This document shows positions 1 to 13,518 of a stretch of DNA of 64,000 nt, piece by piece; the stretch's first letter is position 1, and each line of letters begins with the position of its first letter. The notes under the pieces were generated by a model. That model saw only the letters and a program-made list of their open reading frames with translations, searched no databases and had not been told where the DNA came from. The stretch is taken from positions 533,873-597,872 of the forward strand of contig NMRA01000145.1 in NCBI GenBank assembly GCA_002633005.1. The letters are read 5' to 3'. Made by a program: the position numbers and the translations under genes. The DNA is from Phoronis australis (taxonomy: Eukaryota > Animalia > Phoronida).

Positions 1-586
1 TTTCACGAAACTTGTGAGCCACGTTCATGCGACGAAATCGAGAAGGGTTTTAAATTATCTTAAGAAAAACTCAAGAGACATGTTATTAGTGCCAGAAACT
101 TACCAGGATGCATGAAAATTTCACTATTTGGCTACAAAAACAAAAAAATGGTCTTACACGGAGGGGGGAAACCCCCCTCCCGACCTCCCCCCTCTCGGCG
201 CCACGTGCCTCGGATTCGACCTTTGCGGGAATCCTAAACCCCCCCTTACTGAAAACGTAGATCCGCCCCTGTAGATTACGATAAATAGGATATTTCGTCA
301 GTGTTAAGCAGTAAATGCTAAATTCTTAGCCAAAGCGTTCTGGGTCTAAAAGCACTGTCACGTCCATCTCCCAATCTTGAATAGTTGCAGACTAAGCCGT
401 TAACTCAAGTCACAAGCAGAGCATGCCTGCATACGTCATTTTCGAATTGACAATTTCAAGTTGACCAACCGCAAGAAACTCCGAGGCGCATTCTCAGTTG
501 AGTTGGCTGATGACTTTGTTGTTCGTTGATCGTAATAGAAATTGAGTCACATAAGGACTATTTAGAGACCAATTTAATTATCTTAA

Positions 587-3044
587 AGAGGCATGGGACG
601 CGAAAACTCGTAAAAAACCTTTTTAACAGAACGTACTTCTTGAGGATGCTACCGTGAGAGTTATTCACTTTCAATATTGCAAGAATTTTTAGATACAAGT
701 CGTCAAATTCACTTTTTTTAAAAACTAAATGTATACAAACTTTTTCGTCCCAAGTTAGTTTCAAATTTTCAGCCTACAATAAATATGGGCGCATGGGCTC
801 ATAGTAGTCGAACTATGGCTGCTGCTTGACTGTGATATCACCATTTTCTTTCCATCAAAGGTCCAAGGTCACATTTTCCATATACCGGTAAGGGAAATAT
901 GCTACGTCTATGTCTTGGCCATAGACATATTATATACTAAAGAGCGGGCGCACGCGCTAGTGCAGCTGACAACTTGACGCCATATTGGAGAGTGCTACTA
1001 GTCACGTGACACGGCTGATTGCCGTGTAAACGAACGGGGTAATTTGTCCTTTTCAAAGAGCGATATCTAACAAATAAAGGGGCCGAAGAGTGTAATTTTT
1101 TCCAGAAACATACAAAAACATGTGATGTAACACTTGCATGCGTTTTTTAAGAGTTAGGCAGCCGATAGGGAAAATATCAAACTATTAGAAGATCGCAACT
1201 AGTGGCAGATACTCGAGTGGGCTGAGCGGCTGCACCGCTGTCAATCGAGCGTTCTATTTTTTTCTTTTTTTTCAAGAGAAACCACTCGCGCAAATTTATC
1301 ATTTAATTCATGTCACTCGATGCAAATACATTCTATCCAGGAGACGTGCCGCTCACTCGGGACGTACAATAAGCCTTTTCATAGAGTGTTGCACAATGAC
1401 CCCCGGGTGACTTAGTAAAATTAAGGATGACTTTTAATGGGGCCTAAATTTAATGTGAACTACTATGAAAAATGACCTCACTGGGGTCATATAAATAAAT
1501 GACAGATTTTTAAAGTTCATTAGGGCGTTCTCCCGTTCAGTACAGCGGTTGTGAGCGTGTGATAACATCTAGCTCCTTTTTAAAATGCCTAGCAGTCTTT
1601 TGTCTGGTAGGACAACATGCACACAAATTATCTACCAGGCTTATAACCGATCACATGTGAATACAGTCAAATCCAGTATGCAGGTACGTTCGGACAGAAT
1701 AGATTGTAGTTGGGCGATTTTGGTGATTCAAAAATTAAGCTTGATCAGTATTTGATAGGCAATTCATAAATGTCATTGGGTTATGTTCAAACATTTTATA
1801 ACTTAACTTATTTTTAACAGCACAGCCCTGTGAGGATATAAGATACGATCTTATCGGAGATTAGAGCAATCATCGAACATAAGAGAGCTGACCTTCCAAC
1901 ACTAATTGCCAGAATGGACTTTTATCAGTCGTCAGTGTAAGATATTGGCTATAGCGGTCATCCGCCCAAGTTCTTGTCACATACAATTTAACAAGTTAGA
2001 CTCAACGGGAGAACGTCGTAATGTAAACAGCAAAAAACAGACTCAGTTCCTTTCCTGTGCATCGCTCGGAATTGCCAACGTACAAATATTCTTCTCTCAC
2101 GCACGACATTCCTTTCTGACGGATCTGAGGAGCCCCCCGATCAAGCACCAGACACTTGTTGGCGTTTTGTAGTATCCCCACACCGTGTAAGTGTGTGCTC
2201 ACAAAGAGATCAGCCCCACTCCCACACATTATTTCGAACCGTTCCTGTCCATCCCCGCCCTTAATCTGATACACGTACTGCGCGACCCTCAGCCGAGAAA
2301 GTAAAAATAAATTCTTCTCTCACGCACGCTGTCTGCTTATCTCCAACCCCCTGTTGCGGGGGAGCCGACGGCTGAATAATGACGCGACCGGTTTTCACGG
2401 ACGTGGGGTCATTATTTCATGGCCTGAGAATTCTTCACATTTTAATGTGAAGAATTAATTTAAAAATTTAAACCCTGTGAAAAAACTAACCGGGCTCGGT
2501 TGGGTGTATTTCCATTCGGTTTCGAGTGGGAAATTCTGTATTTAGGGTAAAGGTTGGATGCGCAATTCAATCGTACAGGTTTGATTACTATGCACGTCAC
2601 TTTTAACGCAAGTTTCGTCACAAAACAGAGAGCTCGTAAGCAAGCACTGTAAATCCAAAAAAATTCTATTGTCAACTTCCACATAAGTACAGATTTTGCA
2701 GGGATATGTTTGTTTTGATGCAACAGAAAACAACTGATTTTGGAATACATAGTAAGAAATGAGTTTTTAAAGCAGTATATGTGATGACTATGGTCTTGCC
2801 AAACCAAATACGGCAACGTGCTTTGCCTTGTGGGAGAAAAACCGTCGGAGTGATGAACAGCTGACAAATAATTTTTTTTATGAAATTTGAAGCTAAAGAA
2901 AAAATGCTTTGACATGGACATACATTCAGCATCTTTAAAAACAAAACTTGGAAGTACTTGATGAACACTTTGACTTTTGTTTCAATGGCAGAGAACGCCG
3001 TCTGAAAAATGTAATTTAGTCTGTATTTCGCGTTCCATGCCTCT
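587..3044. mobile_element. Non-autonomous Kolobok-type DNA transposon (~2.46 kb)
   Basis: TTAA|AGAGGCATGGGACGCGAAA at 583-605 and TTTCGCGTTCCATGCCTCT|TTAA at 3026-3048 form a 19-bp TIR with one mismatch. TTAA TSD and AG termini. No long ORF inside. Confidence 0.8.
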
Positions 3045-3279
3045 TTAAGTGATAATGTTTAACGGCAGCTAAACACTGAGGAAATGTACTTTTAACTATT
3101 ATTAAGCCTGTTATCACAAGACATCACATTTTTGACAGTCGTATGACTTGCTGTAATGATAGAAGTTTGCACATTTGCAGACATGAAACACCTCGGAGGG
3201 ATAATTAGAGCTCAAGAAAATATCCAAAGCGCTTCGTATCATTGACTAGTGTTACTTAACGCTTCGTAGGGAGGGTTGG

Positions 3280-4629
3280 CTAATTGCACGTAATAGTTCC
3301 CGGCAAACACCACTCCTTGTCGATTGCAGGGATGCCAAATATATCACAAAGGTTAGAAAATCTATCCATGTCCTTTGCAGTGAAGTGAATAACATACTGG
3401 CGCAGGATTTCCCTGCTCAAGATGCTTCCCTTTTGTGAGTCCTCAGTCAAGGCCGATGGACCACTCACGCAGAATTCCTCCGGCAAACGACAGTGTCTTG
3501 CTACAGCTTTACACGCAAATTCGGTATTACCCACCAAGTCCTCGTAACGTATTCCTGCAATACCAAGCACTGGTTGCAGGCGCATGTATTCCTCGCAAAG
3601 ACGAAACGTTTTCAGCAGCAGTATTTCGTCCAGTGGCAAGTTATAGTTGGCTTCATCCTCCTTGTTCATCCACAAATACGAGTCTTGACTTATTTCCGCC
3701 AGCCGATCTCGTATACGTTTCCCAAGATTTGGACATATGCTTTTTACCAGTTTCGACTCTTTGAATCGGTGAATAAGATAATTGTTATTCATATGCAGCT
3801 TCATCTGAGATATGATGGCTTTGATGACGTTGGCGCGATACAAAAACATAAATCGAACACCGGGCACGGCAGCACAAACGTATTCGTAGAATGACGACCC
3901 GGGTGAAAATTTCACGAAATAAAGCGAAGCTTTCACCTTGCGCGGTTTGCAGAGCATTCTTATCGAGCTTTTCACTAAAAGTTTTGCGTCTGAGTTAGTT
4001 ATAATTTTATTCATCATCATGTCCCTGATGTTGACAAAAACGTACGCTTCGTTGCAACAGATTGCCCCAGGAATATTTTCTACCATTTTGGTCAGCAAAG
4101 TTGATCCGCATCGGCCTAAACTTTCTAAGCCAACAACTGGAGACTCCGGATCACCAATGGCGTCAGCCAGTCGATTGAAATGCTCTAGAGGAATCAGTAT
4201 CATCTGTTTTGCTGAAGAGAACTGAGCCGTATGGAAGAAGGGGTCGACATGAGAGCAGAAGACATCAACTCCAGGAAGGCTGCGGACGAAAATCGCTTCA
4301 TTCGCTGTGACTGTGTATAAGGACACAGTATCTTCGAAAATGCACTCAGGATGACAAAAATGACTGTGCGAAGAAATAAAATGCCGTTTGGTAGGCCCAG
4401 CGAGGGATGTGTTGAAACATCGGAGGTGAATGTTAAGAACTTGGGCTGATGTTTCATATTTTCGGCGGCTTTCTTTTACGCATTTCTGTAATCCAGATAA
4501 ATTCCAGTACAGGCCCTGAAGGATTGTATAGATTTTATGAACGGCAAGGAAACACAAGAAAATCCAAAGTGGCGAATCTGCGATATCCATACTCTGAGTG
4601 ATAATACACAAATATAGTAAATAGATCAC
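3280..4629 (-). CDS. Intronless sulfotransferase-family (P-loop, PAPS-binding) protein with N-terminal hydrophobic anchor; likely ATG at 4590 (MDIADSP...)
   Basis: 449-codon ORF. GRCGSTLL resembles the 5'-PSB loop, FLYR the 3'-PB strand, followed by IRYEDLV and DSQKGSILSR. Hydrophobic LWIFLCFLAV near the N-terminus. Confidence 0.8.
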   Translation of the reverse strand: MIYLLYLCIITQSMDIADSPLWIFLCFLAVHKIYTILQGLYWNLSGLQKCVKESRRKYETSAQVLNIHLRCFNTSLAGPTKRHFISSHSHFCHPECIFEDTVSLYTVTANEAIFVRSLPGVDVFCSHVDPFFHTAQFSSAKQMILIPLEHFNRLADAIGDPESPVVGLESLGRCGSTLLTKMVENIPGAICCNEAYVFVNIRDMMMNKIITNSDAKLLVKSSIRMLCKPRKVKASLYFVKFSPGSSFYEYVCAAVPGVRFMFLYRANVIKAIISQMKLHMNNNYLIHRFKESKLVKSICPNLGKRIRDRLAEISQDSYLWMNKEDEANYNLPLDEILLLKTFRLCEEYMRLQPVLGIAGIRYEDLVGNTEFACKAVARHCRLPEEFCVSGPSALTEDSQKGSILSREILRQYVIHFTAKDMDRFSNLCDIFGIPAIDKEWCLPGTITCN

Positions 4630-4750
4630 TTAGTATTGTTGCCGCTGCCTCTCTACGCCGCCACGGAGTCTGGGTTCATTCAATCAGATATTGAAGTTCG
4701 CCCTGTGTGTAAGTTAAATAATCGAGCCATGTTTGGAACCGAGAGCTTAT

Positions 4751-4915
4751 CAGTAAGGTAAAGTCGCGTGATTTTCGGACACTGAAAATTAATTCCAATA
4801 GAAAAAATTCATTCTTGGATGAATCTCGCCAAACATCATTTCTGTGGTGTCCGAATTTGGCGGCCCTCCAAATTTGGGTTTCGGCTAGTGTCCCAATTTC
4901 GTGGGTGTACATTAT
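4751..4915. repeat. Short dispersed repeat/MITE remnant, inverted relative of 9160-9336
   Basis: GTAAAGTCGCGTGATTTTCGGAC near 4758 is the reverse complement of GTCCGAAAATCACGCGACTTTAC near 9305. Boundaries approximate. Confidence 0.4.
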
Positions 4916-7708
4916 TTCGATGAGCGGTCGTAGTATCAAACATTGCTGGCTCGGTCATTTGATAGCAGCATAATTGCAGGTCAATAAGACTCAAACGGTC
5001 TGCGCGATTAATTTTTGAAAATCTGGCTTTCCCAATAAGAAATGTGCGTTGTCAACGCATAAATACCTTTCCCGACAAGTGTTGGTTCTTCTTTTCAAAG
5101 ATGCCCTTTCTCAATATGAAATATTCGGCTTGCGTTGCCGATGCTCAAAAACCGTTCTCGGCAAGTGACGGAATCTTATCAAAAATGCGCTATCTCACTT
5201 GAAATAGCCGACTGCGTTGTGGAAAAGGAGTCTTCCTGGTGACAAATATGGGCTTTCCAATGAGTGGGTCTGGTTTGCGTTGTTGACGCACATGAAACGT
5301 TCCAGACAACTGATTCTCTTTTGTAAAAATGCGTTTTCTCAATAAAAAATGTCGAGTTTGCGCTGTCAACCCACAAAGAGCGCCTCGATAGGCGCTTTTT
5401 TAATATGGTTTCCCAATAAAAAGCTGGACTTGCGTATTCGACGCACAAAGAGGGTTTCCGACCATCAAAAAATGCGCTTTCTCAATTTTAACGAATTTTG
5501 CATTAAATGTAACAGTAATGGATGTGGGAACGATTTCAATGAAGAAAGTGATGAACAATGACCAGAGCATAGTACATATTTATGTTTGTTCAACGTATCC
5601 ATGCATTGTCTGCTGGTTACAAACCGTAACGCAAGTTAACTCTGACAAGTTTATTTCCATATTACCTGAAAGCTCAGTTTCAACATGAAAACTTCGAATG
5701 AACAATTATCTAAAATAGATTACAAAGACAATCACGATAGTAAATTGAGTAGTTTCTCATTGACTCGTGATCCCCATTCGTCGTTCTGGTAGTCATTGAA
5801 TTGTTGAAGAAGCGCTGTCGTTCTACATATGTTTAGGCCTACTGCAAACTATGGGAATGCGTCTACTAGTACAGTGCCGCGCGGCTGAAGACACGATTAA
5901 CTAACATATTGTATATATAAGGGCGTTGTCTAGAAAGTGAATGCAATTTCAAATGCAACCAACATCAAATTCACCCAACAGTTTTTTTTCAATTAAAACC
6001 TTTTTCATCCACAGCCTTTGAAACGCCCGATGTTACTCAGTGATACACAGGCGCGTCTTCATGCAACTGAAGTGACCTAACACATATGGGTTCGCTTACG
6101 TTTTTAACCACAGTGAAAACTCTGACTTGTGAAATCGGTTTGTGGATGAAATGAAACTGATAATCGTTAACATTTTCTGATAATCTGCGTGGAAGACAAC
6201 AGGGCCGTTTCTTCTGGGGTCGTCACCAGTTTAACGCCATCCACGGTCGTCACCAGTTTCGTGCAGCTCAGTCTCCCTCAGTCACTACTAATTTTCCACC
6301 AGCCTCCTGCTCCACACCAATGTCGATTTTGAGCCACTAATTCCACGAGAGTCTGCTAGGTGCACCCCCCCCCCCTGCCAAGACCGTTCTTGCGCACGTT
6401 GATACAATAGGCTACTGGGCAGATCACGACTGTTAGAAGAATAGACTAGAGACGACTTGAAAAGAAAAAACGAAAACATTGGGACAGCGTGAACTCATCA
6501 AGGACGCAGTTTAAGAACCGGTCAACTATTTATATACTTAATTTTCTTCCTTAATGTACACTTAACCAATTACAATCCATCTATGTCGACCGTTTTCATT
6601 TCATTGTGTCATATATTTGCTACAGTTACGGAAAATAGTTTTTCCTACAGGTATCTGCTGATGGACGTCACACACTTACAATGAATGCTAAAATTTAAAG
6701 TGTGATCAGTTGTGAATTTACTGAAGTCTCATTGTAAGTACAGACTTTTTGTTGAAGAATAACAGTGACTCTCTGAAGAGGGGAATACATAATAAAATAA
6801 AATAAAATATGGAAACACCAAACAAAAATCAAAACAACACTAACCTGTTGCAATAACGCCTTAAACGCGAACGTACTGACCGACTTGCATGAACGGAATG
6901 TTAGTTGAACATGTTAGTAGAACAAAACTGTCTCAATGAAATTTTCATGGTTTACAGGTTTAAGAAGATCCACCGTAGATTTCCGTAAGTATGTAAGTCC
7001 AACAGAATATATGCCCAATTTGCGTATCTTAAATTTTTTCCCTAAAATATACCTGGATGCACATCTGAGAATGAAAAGGCATGCTTGAAATCTGAAAATA
7101 ATGCTATTCCCACTAGAATATAATTAGGGTGAGATACAGTATTTATATACCGTGTTCGTGTATTCGACATTGCCGAGTATAGGCCCTGGTGTATTTTTAC
7201 ATAGACGTTTGGTTTCCCGAACATATATACGGAAATCGCTGGTAATACTTCCCAAAATTATTTACCCTTGCTGCAAGTAAGGCATCACCTCGAGTAAAAA
7301 TAGAACAATAATAATTAGCAATGTAACAGTCATCTCTTTCGAACCAAACACAATTAAACACACTTACAGCTGAAATGCCTCTAAAACTATCTTAAGTAAT
7401 ACAAAAGGCATGGTCTGTAGTTTAAGATCACGTCTCTTTTTGTCTCAAAACTATCAACTGAAGGCGGTGAGATGGACAAGAAGACCAGGCCCTGTGGAAA
7501 GTAGATATGGAACTCCAGGTCGGAAACACCTATAAGGTCCCAGGCTCGTTGCGTCGGACTGGAGGTCCTGTATTCTTGTTAGCCTACCCCTAGGACCGCA
7601 AGAACCAACAACTATCAAATCTGATTCAACTGACTTATCGTTTTTCGAAATGATTGGAGGATTTTCTTACGGTCGCCGCAGACTGAGATCGAGTGCCACA
7701 GGGTACCG

Positions 7709-7852
7709 CTTGGGCGGCGCAGCAGTGAAAAAAGTCGGGGGCTAAAGCCCCTCAGACCCCTGTGGTGCATCGCCTATTGACCATGCGTGGCGTAGCACTG
7801 AAAAAAGTGGGGGGTTATAGCCCCCCCAGTCCCCTATGGTGCGCCGCCCATG
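7709..7852. mobile_element. Short GC-rich MITE with two internal subunits
   Basis: Ends CTTGGGCGGCGCA ... TGCGCCGCCCATG. Duplicated internal GAAAAAAGT-GGGGG-TA-AGCCCC unit, with a related fragment near 26595-26655. Confidence 0.5.
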
Positions 7853-9827
7853 TCCCAGTGTCCTCAGTTGTCGGGATTCATCTTAATCTCGGGACACCAT
7901 GGAGTCCAGGTTGTTGTACCTCAGACGGTACAAGGCGCGAAATTAACAAGACCACAAGTACACAGACCAGTGGATGAGCAAGCAAAATTAGGTCGCCGCA
8001 TATTCAATCTTTTTTAGGTCTACATAGGGGTAAAGCTCGTAACGCTAGGACTTCACTAAAAAGCAAGAATTCATGAAATTACGTGACATATTGTGTATTT
8101 TCAGTTGAATACGTGATTTTGGCTAGATTTTTCTATTCCCAAGACAGCTACTGAACTCTACCCTAGTCTTCGTCCAGGGCCGCAAGGGTGAGAATCTCAC
8201 GAGCACGCTAGTCTGAAGACTTCGAGACCTATGGTCAAGTATTGCGAGCGAAGCACATGATCACACTAGCTTCTTTAGCGAGATTCTTGCATCTGTGATG
8301 CTTATTAGAGATAGAGAATTTGTAAGGGTAGTGAAGCGTGGTTACGTGGGTGTATATTAGTTTTTGATATGTGTTATAGTACAGGCACTTACACAACATA
8401 AGGCAGGAATGCAGTGTCCCTGTAGCAATTGCGTGTGCGGCACTGCGCCAGCGCGCCCTTCTGAGTGCTGGGCCTTACACTGCTTAACACATTACACGAA
8501 TGAGCACTATCAAGAAGACACTAAAAAACGAAAGACGTTTGAACTGCAAACAGATTTTTAATGAAAAATTTTCGTTTCAACCCAAAAATTGCGTTGTCAG
8601 AAGCACGTCTGAATGTTAGTCAGTGGTGGCTCATTCCTTGCTAACTGTCCCATTCAAAATTATTAAGCAAGCCCAGAACGGCTGCACGAAGATTTCAATC
8701 ATTCGCCGGGATGCAGGTAAGTGGCAGCAAAACTTATTGTCCGGCGATAGTTGGGCATTTGCAAAGGCCAGGACGTTTTAAAATAAAAACGTTTCGTAAA
8801 CACGCAAGTTGGTGTCAGGCGTGCATGTTCAATGTCACAGTCTCGAGTCAAACAGCACGGCCTATTTAAACCAGAGCACATGTTATGCTACAACGAAAAG
8901 TTGCAGCCTTCGGTGTATTTCCTATTTGTATTTTCATCAGAAATTTTCGTTATGCGGAACTCGGTGATTCTTTTCATAGCTAAAGCGCCTAACACAAGCT
9001 AAACGCAAGACAATCGTCAAGACAAAGTAAAAATTACAAACCCGTTATACCGATTCTCGGACTCAAGCCTTATACAGTAGAAATCATCCGTTGAACGCTT
9101 TAGTGACACGGGAGGTGCGTCGATCCCAAATTACCGTTTCTAAAATGCTCCTTGTCCGAAAGTCGCGGGACAAATTTCCTATGTTTATGACAATGTCCGA
9201 AATTCGAGGATCTTTGAAAAACAGTTTTTGGACCTTGTACGAATTTCGTGGACTATGAAAAACTCATTTCGGAAATATTTATTCTTGGTCGAAAATGGCG
9301 GGCCGTCCGAAAATCACGCGACTTTACGTACTACTGGTGGGACAGCCAAAAGTTGGGATGACATCAATATTATCAGGAAGAGATAACCAGGAAGGGACAA
9401 CTGTTTTTAGCGCATTTTAACGTTTTTCAAACGTGATTTCAAAAGTAAATGTTCAAGTTGTCTGCAATCCAAGCATTGTGTTTGAAAGCTTAACTCTTTG
9501 GTCCCTGTCGGATGACAATAGTGTATGACTTGAAACGCAGTTCTATCTGATTGGCCAGATCTCATTCAGTCACGCTACCCTTTTGATTGTTCAAAGAACA
9601 TTCAATATGGTTTCACATGAAAATACATTTTACTGTATTTAGATGCTTTCATGTGTGTACGCGTGGACTTTGTCATTTTTTGATTTTAATTTCAATCAAA
9701 ACCAGATTTAGAAGCAGGTATTTGTCGAGGAGCCAGCGAAAATCCGAAGAACACCTCGGCCTCGGGGCCACCTTCACCTGACAAATGACAAGGCCATTGA
9801 TACGATATGTTCATGTAAAGCTGGGTA

Positions 9828-12800
9828 CCCATACCAAAAAAGGCCGTCCTGCAAACACTAGCCGCAAGCTTGCCGCAGAAGTTTCTGCAAACCAGCCGCA
9901 AACACGTAGAATCAACTCTGACCAAAGAGTGGATGCAAATTTCCTGCAACCCAGCGGCAAGCTTGCCGCATGCTTGCTGCAAACATGCAGCAAACTTTTA
10001 CCATGCAAGTGAAGTTTGCCGCAAGCTTGCAGCAAACATCTCTATGTCCTTATATGGAACAGTTCCTGCAATCCAGCCGCACACATTGCTGAGAGCTTGC
10101 CGCAAACATCTCCATATCCTTATATGGAACAGTTCCTGCAACCCAGCCACACACATTGTTGCAAGCTTACCGCAAACATCTTCATGGGGTTATGTAGAAG
10201 TTTCTGCGAACCACCAGAAAAAAATATTGCTGTAAGGCTACAACATACTTGAATTGTGGCACGAATAATTTAATGAAGAAATGTCCTTGACAAATACATA
10301 ATTTTTATTGCATGCCCGCTTGTTAAAACAAGAAAATACACAATCAACTGCACACACTGGACTTAACATGATAATTTACAATCTGGTGTTTAATGAATAG
10401 AAAAAAAACAAAATCACATGACAATGAATAAACTATAAAAGTGTCTACAGTGGCAATTAGTAATAATACTTGTATTACAATTAAAATTGTATCTAGAGAG
10501 AACAACTTGAATGTATGCAAGCTTTAATTACAATATACCGAGATGTTTTATTCTTAACGCACTACAAAATCTATAATAATTGCAACAATGATATTATTTA
10601 CCTGACTAAACTAACAACAGCAACACAGAGCATTGAAATTCGCCCAACGGGGTGTTTATTAGCATTGAAAAAGCGCAAAATATGTCGAATGCCAGTGGAG
10701 AAAACCATGAAATCTGACTTTCCGCCGTTTTAAGGCATGATTACAACAGCATGTCGAGCATATTTAAGCATTTTATTTTAAATTAGATCATTACTTGTCA
10801 ACTGAAAAAAATCACTCTTAACAATTATAAACATATTTATTTTTCCCCATGTTCATCTAAAATACTTGAAAACTGTCTAATACTTCATCGGTTACTATTT
10901 TTGCTTCCCAATATGGTTTCATGATACATCACTCTACTGAATGGGCTATCATTTAACTTGTAGGCCTATGTTGAAATTTGCAATATTTCGACTATAGCGA
11001 TATTATCCAATAACATCATTCATTTATCTAAGGCATCAAACGTAAATTATACCTTTCCATTCTACAATATTACCATGGTGTTGAAAAGAATAACTACAGA
11101 GTTTATCTACTTATAACCATATTAGTGGACGTTCTAAACACATTCTACTCCAGATTAATCTGCATTACAGCAATCAGTGGTGTACCATAGGGTTCATATG
11201 GGATGATCGCTCGTGTTTTCTTCCATGCTTGTTCTAACCAACCTTGAGATGCTGTGTACGCCATTTCTTCCGATGTTTTCAACTTAAACTTGTTGCCTCT
11301 GCAGTGTGTCTGGCTTTCATCAAGTACATTATATCACTCCATATTCATAAACCTAAAATATGAATGCCATTTCACTTTCCACAAAAAGGCATTTGTGATA
11401 GTATTATTAGAATCTCAATTACGTTTTAAGTCGAACTTTTGCTCTTCTGCTCATGTATGAAGAGACAGGTGAACTTGTGTTCAATATTTTGACTGCAGAT
11501 TGAGAACTGGCGTATGACTGAAAGAGGTGACGGCAGTTAAAACACCTACCAGTGGCTAAATATACAATACGCTAATCTTATTTTGTGCCCAATAGTTACA
11601 TGCATTAAACCAAAATAAAAATTTGTTGGTCCTATAGTGAATCAAACAGTCAAAGAGTGATGTGAAAATTGACCATAAACTTAAGTTTTACACTCTCAAT
11701 TAAGTGAGTATTTTGAAAGACTGACTACATGTAACTTGACAACATTTTGGAAACTACTTGATTCTGGTCTCAATCCCAGTTAACTCATTTGATTATGTGC
11801 TGTACTTTTCCCTAACCATTATAACCTCCAATTCAAGTTGGCTGAATCAGTAAGAAAAGCAACTTCCTTTTGTTTGTAAGACAAAACTAGTGATTCATGA
11901 ATGATAACTAAGGAATTTTACTTAACAATAACATCAACATAAATACAATTTTCAATTCAAAACTCACATCCATACAGTTCTTCAGTTATCCATGTAGAGT
12001 CTATTCTATACCAAAACCGTTTGAATTTGGTTCAAATGAAAGCTTATAGGTCACTTCCCAGGCATGTAACTTTGAGAACCACATGCTTTCCTTGATAACA
12101 ATCCCACCAGATCAACATATGGCTGGGCTAGCATAATTTAAATGAACAATCAACAGCCCTAGAGGCATTAAACATTAATGTACTTCAAGAGGCATTCCTT
12201 GAAAACAGTCCTAGCAGTTCAACATGCAGCTGGGCTAGTATGATTAAAATTAACAATGACCCTAGAAGCATAAACAAGAACATAAAGACATTAGTGAAAT
12301 TGAATTTCTTATTTTTTCATAAATAATATGCACTACGACAAGAATCCCGAGTCATATCCAAGTCCGTACCATAGCTGCTGACAGACAATATTTTGAAAAA
12401 TTATGGGTCTTCACAACAATGCTAAATGTCCTTGAAAAATCAAAATGAGTAAATTTTTGCAATTACTTTTGTCCAAAATAGATAAAATTTTACTGCAGCA
12501 ACAGTGGCTGCTACCACCTGATTATGAGATAATTTCATATGTTGGAAAAGTACAAATTGCTCTAAATGCTAATACTAGCACATTTGGTAAAATTGGATCA
12601 TATATTTGTGTTTGGTTTGTATTGATATTTATTATGCTTGTTTACACAACATGCAGGTAACACTGCCTTTGTTGTTTTAAAGCAATTGCATTTAATATTT
12701 TGCTGTACTGACTTTGACAGCAGTATGAAAGTTGAAAACTTGTTAAGTATAGTGACTGAATTAAAAACAAAGTACATACAGATGCAGTTATATTCTCTAG

Positions 12801-13518
12801 TGTTTTAGGACGCATTTGGTCATCTTTGAGCATTTGCTGCTTTTAACAATGTAACTTACCCAACAGTAGGTCACATTCAGGTAATAAGTTATCTAAAATC
12901 AGTAACTGCCCTGCTTAGGTTCTGGGATTTGAGGTTTCTTTGAAATTTAGAAAATAAAAAACAATTTCACAATTTCTAACAATGTCACAATCTTAATGCT
13001 AACACTTTAAACATTGAAGTTTACTGCAAATTTCGTGCAAGCACTTTTTCACCTATTCCTGAGAACACTTTTCACCAATACAGTTTCCTGCAACATTCCC
13101 GCAAATACTTTTTCATCAATAAAGTTTCCTGCAACTTTCCCGCAAACACTTTTTCATCAATAAAGTTTCCTGCAACTTTCCCGCAAACCCTTTTTCACCA
13201 ATAAAGTTTCCTGCAACATTCCCGCAAACACTTTTTCACCAATAAAGTTTCCTGCAACTTTCCCGCAAACCCTTTTTCACCAATAAAGTTTCCTGCAACT
13301 TTCCCGCAAACACTTTTTCAATCACCAAGTTTGCCGCAACATTCCTGCAAACTTCAGTGTTTGCAGCAAGGTTGCAGCAATGTGTGCGGCTGAGTTGCAG
13401 GTAGCGGCAAACTCCTGCGGCAAACTTTGCGGCTGGTTTGCTGCAAACAAAATTGTTTGCCGCAAGCTTGCAGCATGTTTGCTGCAAGCTTGCGGCAAAC
13501 GTGGTCTTTTGGTATGGG
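9828..13518 (+). mobile_element. Non-autonomous EnSpm/CACTA (CMC)-type DNA transposon, copy 1
   Basis: TA|CCCATACCAAAA ... TTTTGGTATGGG|TA gives a 12-bp TIR, CCC terminus and 2-bp TSD (TA). Dense subterminal GCCGCAAGCTTGC/TGCAAAC repeats at both ends and an AT-rich non-coding interior. Confidence 0.85.
13065..13325. repeat. 41-bp subterminal tandem repeat inside EnSpm copy 1 (about 6 units)
   Basis: AATAAAGTTTCCTGCAAC(T/A)TTCCCGCAAAC(A/C)CTTTTTCA(C/T)C recurs at 13118, 13159, 13200, 13241, 13282. More diverged inverted units at about 14550-14755. Confidence 0.85.

Noticed and set aside
905-930. GTCTATG-7 bp-CATAGAC, possibly abutting P-type MITE ends
   Set aside because: I could not locate the partner termini, so no element boundaries can be supported.
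3435-4457. Alternative-frame and antisense ORFs over the sulfotransferase, and likewise over the TPR-TIR gene (37590-39215)
   Set aside because: Short shadow ORFs of real coding sequence with no recognisable motifs.
9692-10252. Overlapping Cys/Ala-rich ORFs (CRKLAA, QACGK), also at 13236-13619, 14308-14641 and 17538-17984
   Set aside because: These are translations of palindromic GCAAGCTTGC subterminal repeats that stay open in several frames on both strands.
13065-13325. 41-bp repeat array as possible CRISPR or iterons
   Set aside because: No spacers. It is the subterminal repeat block of the EnSpm element.
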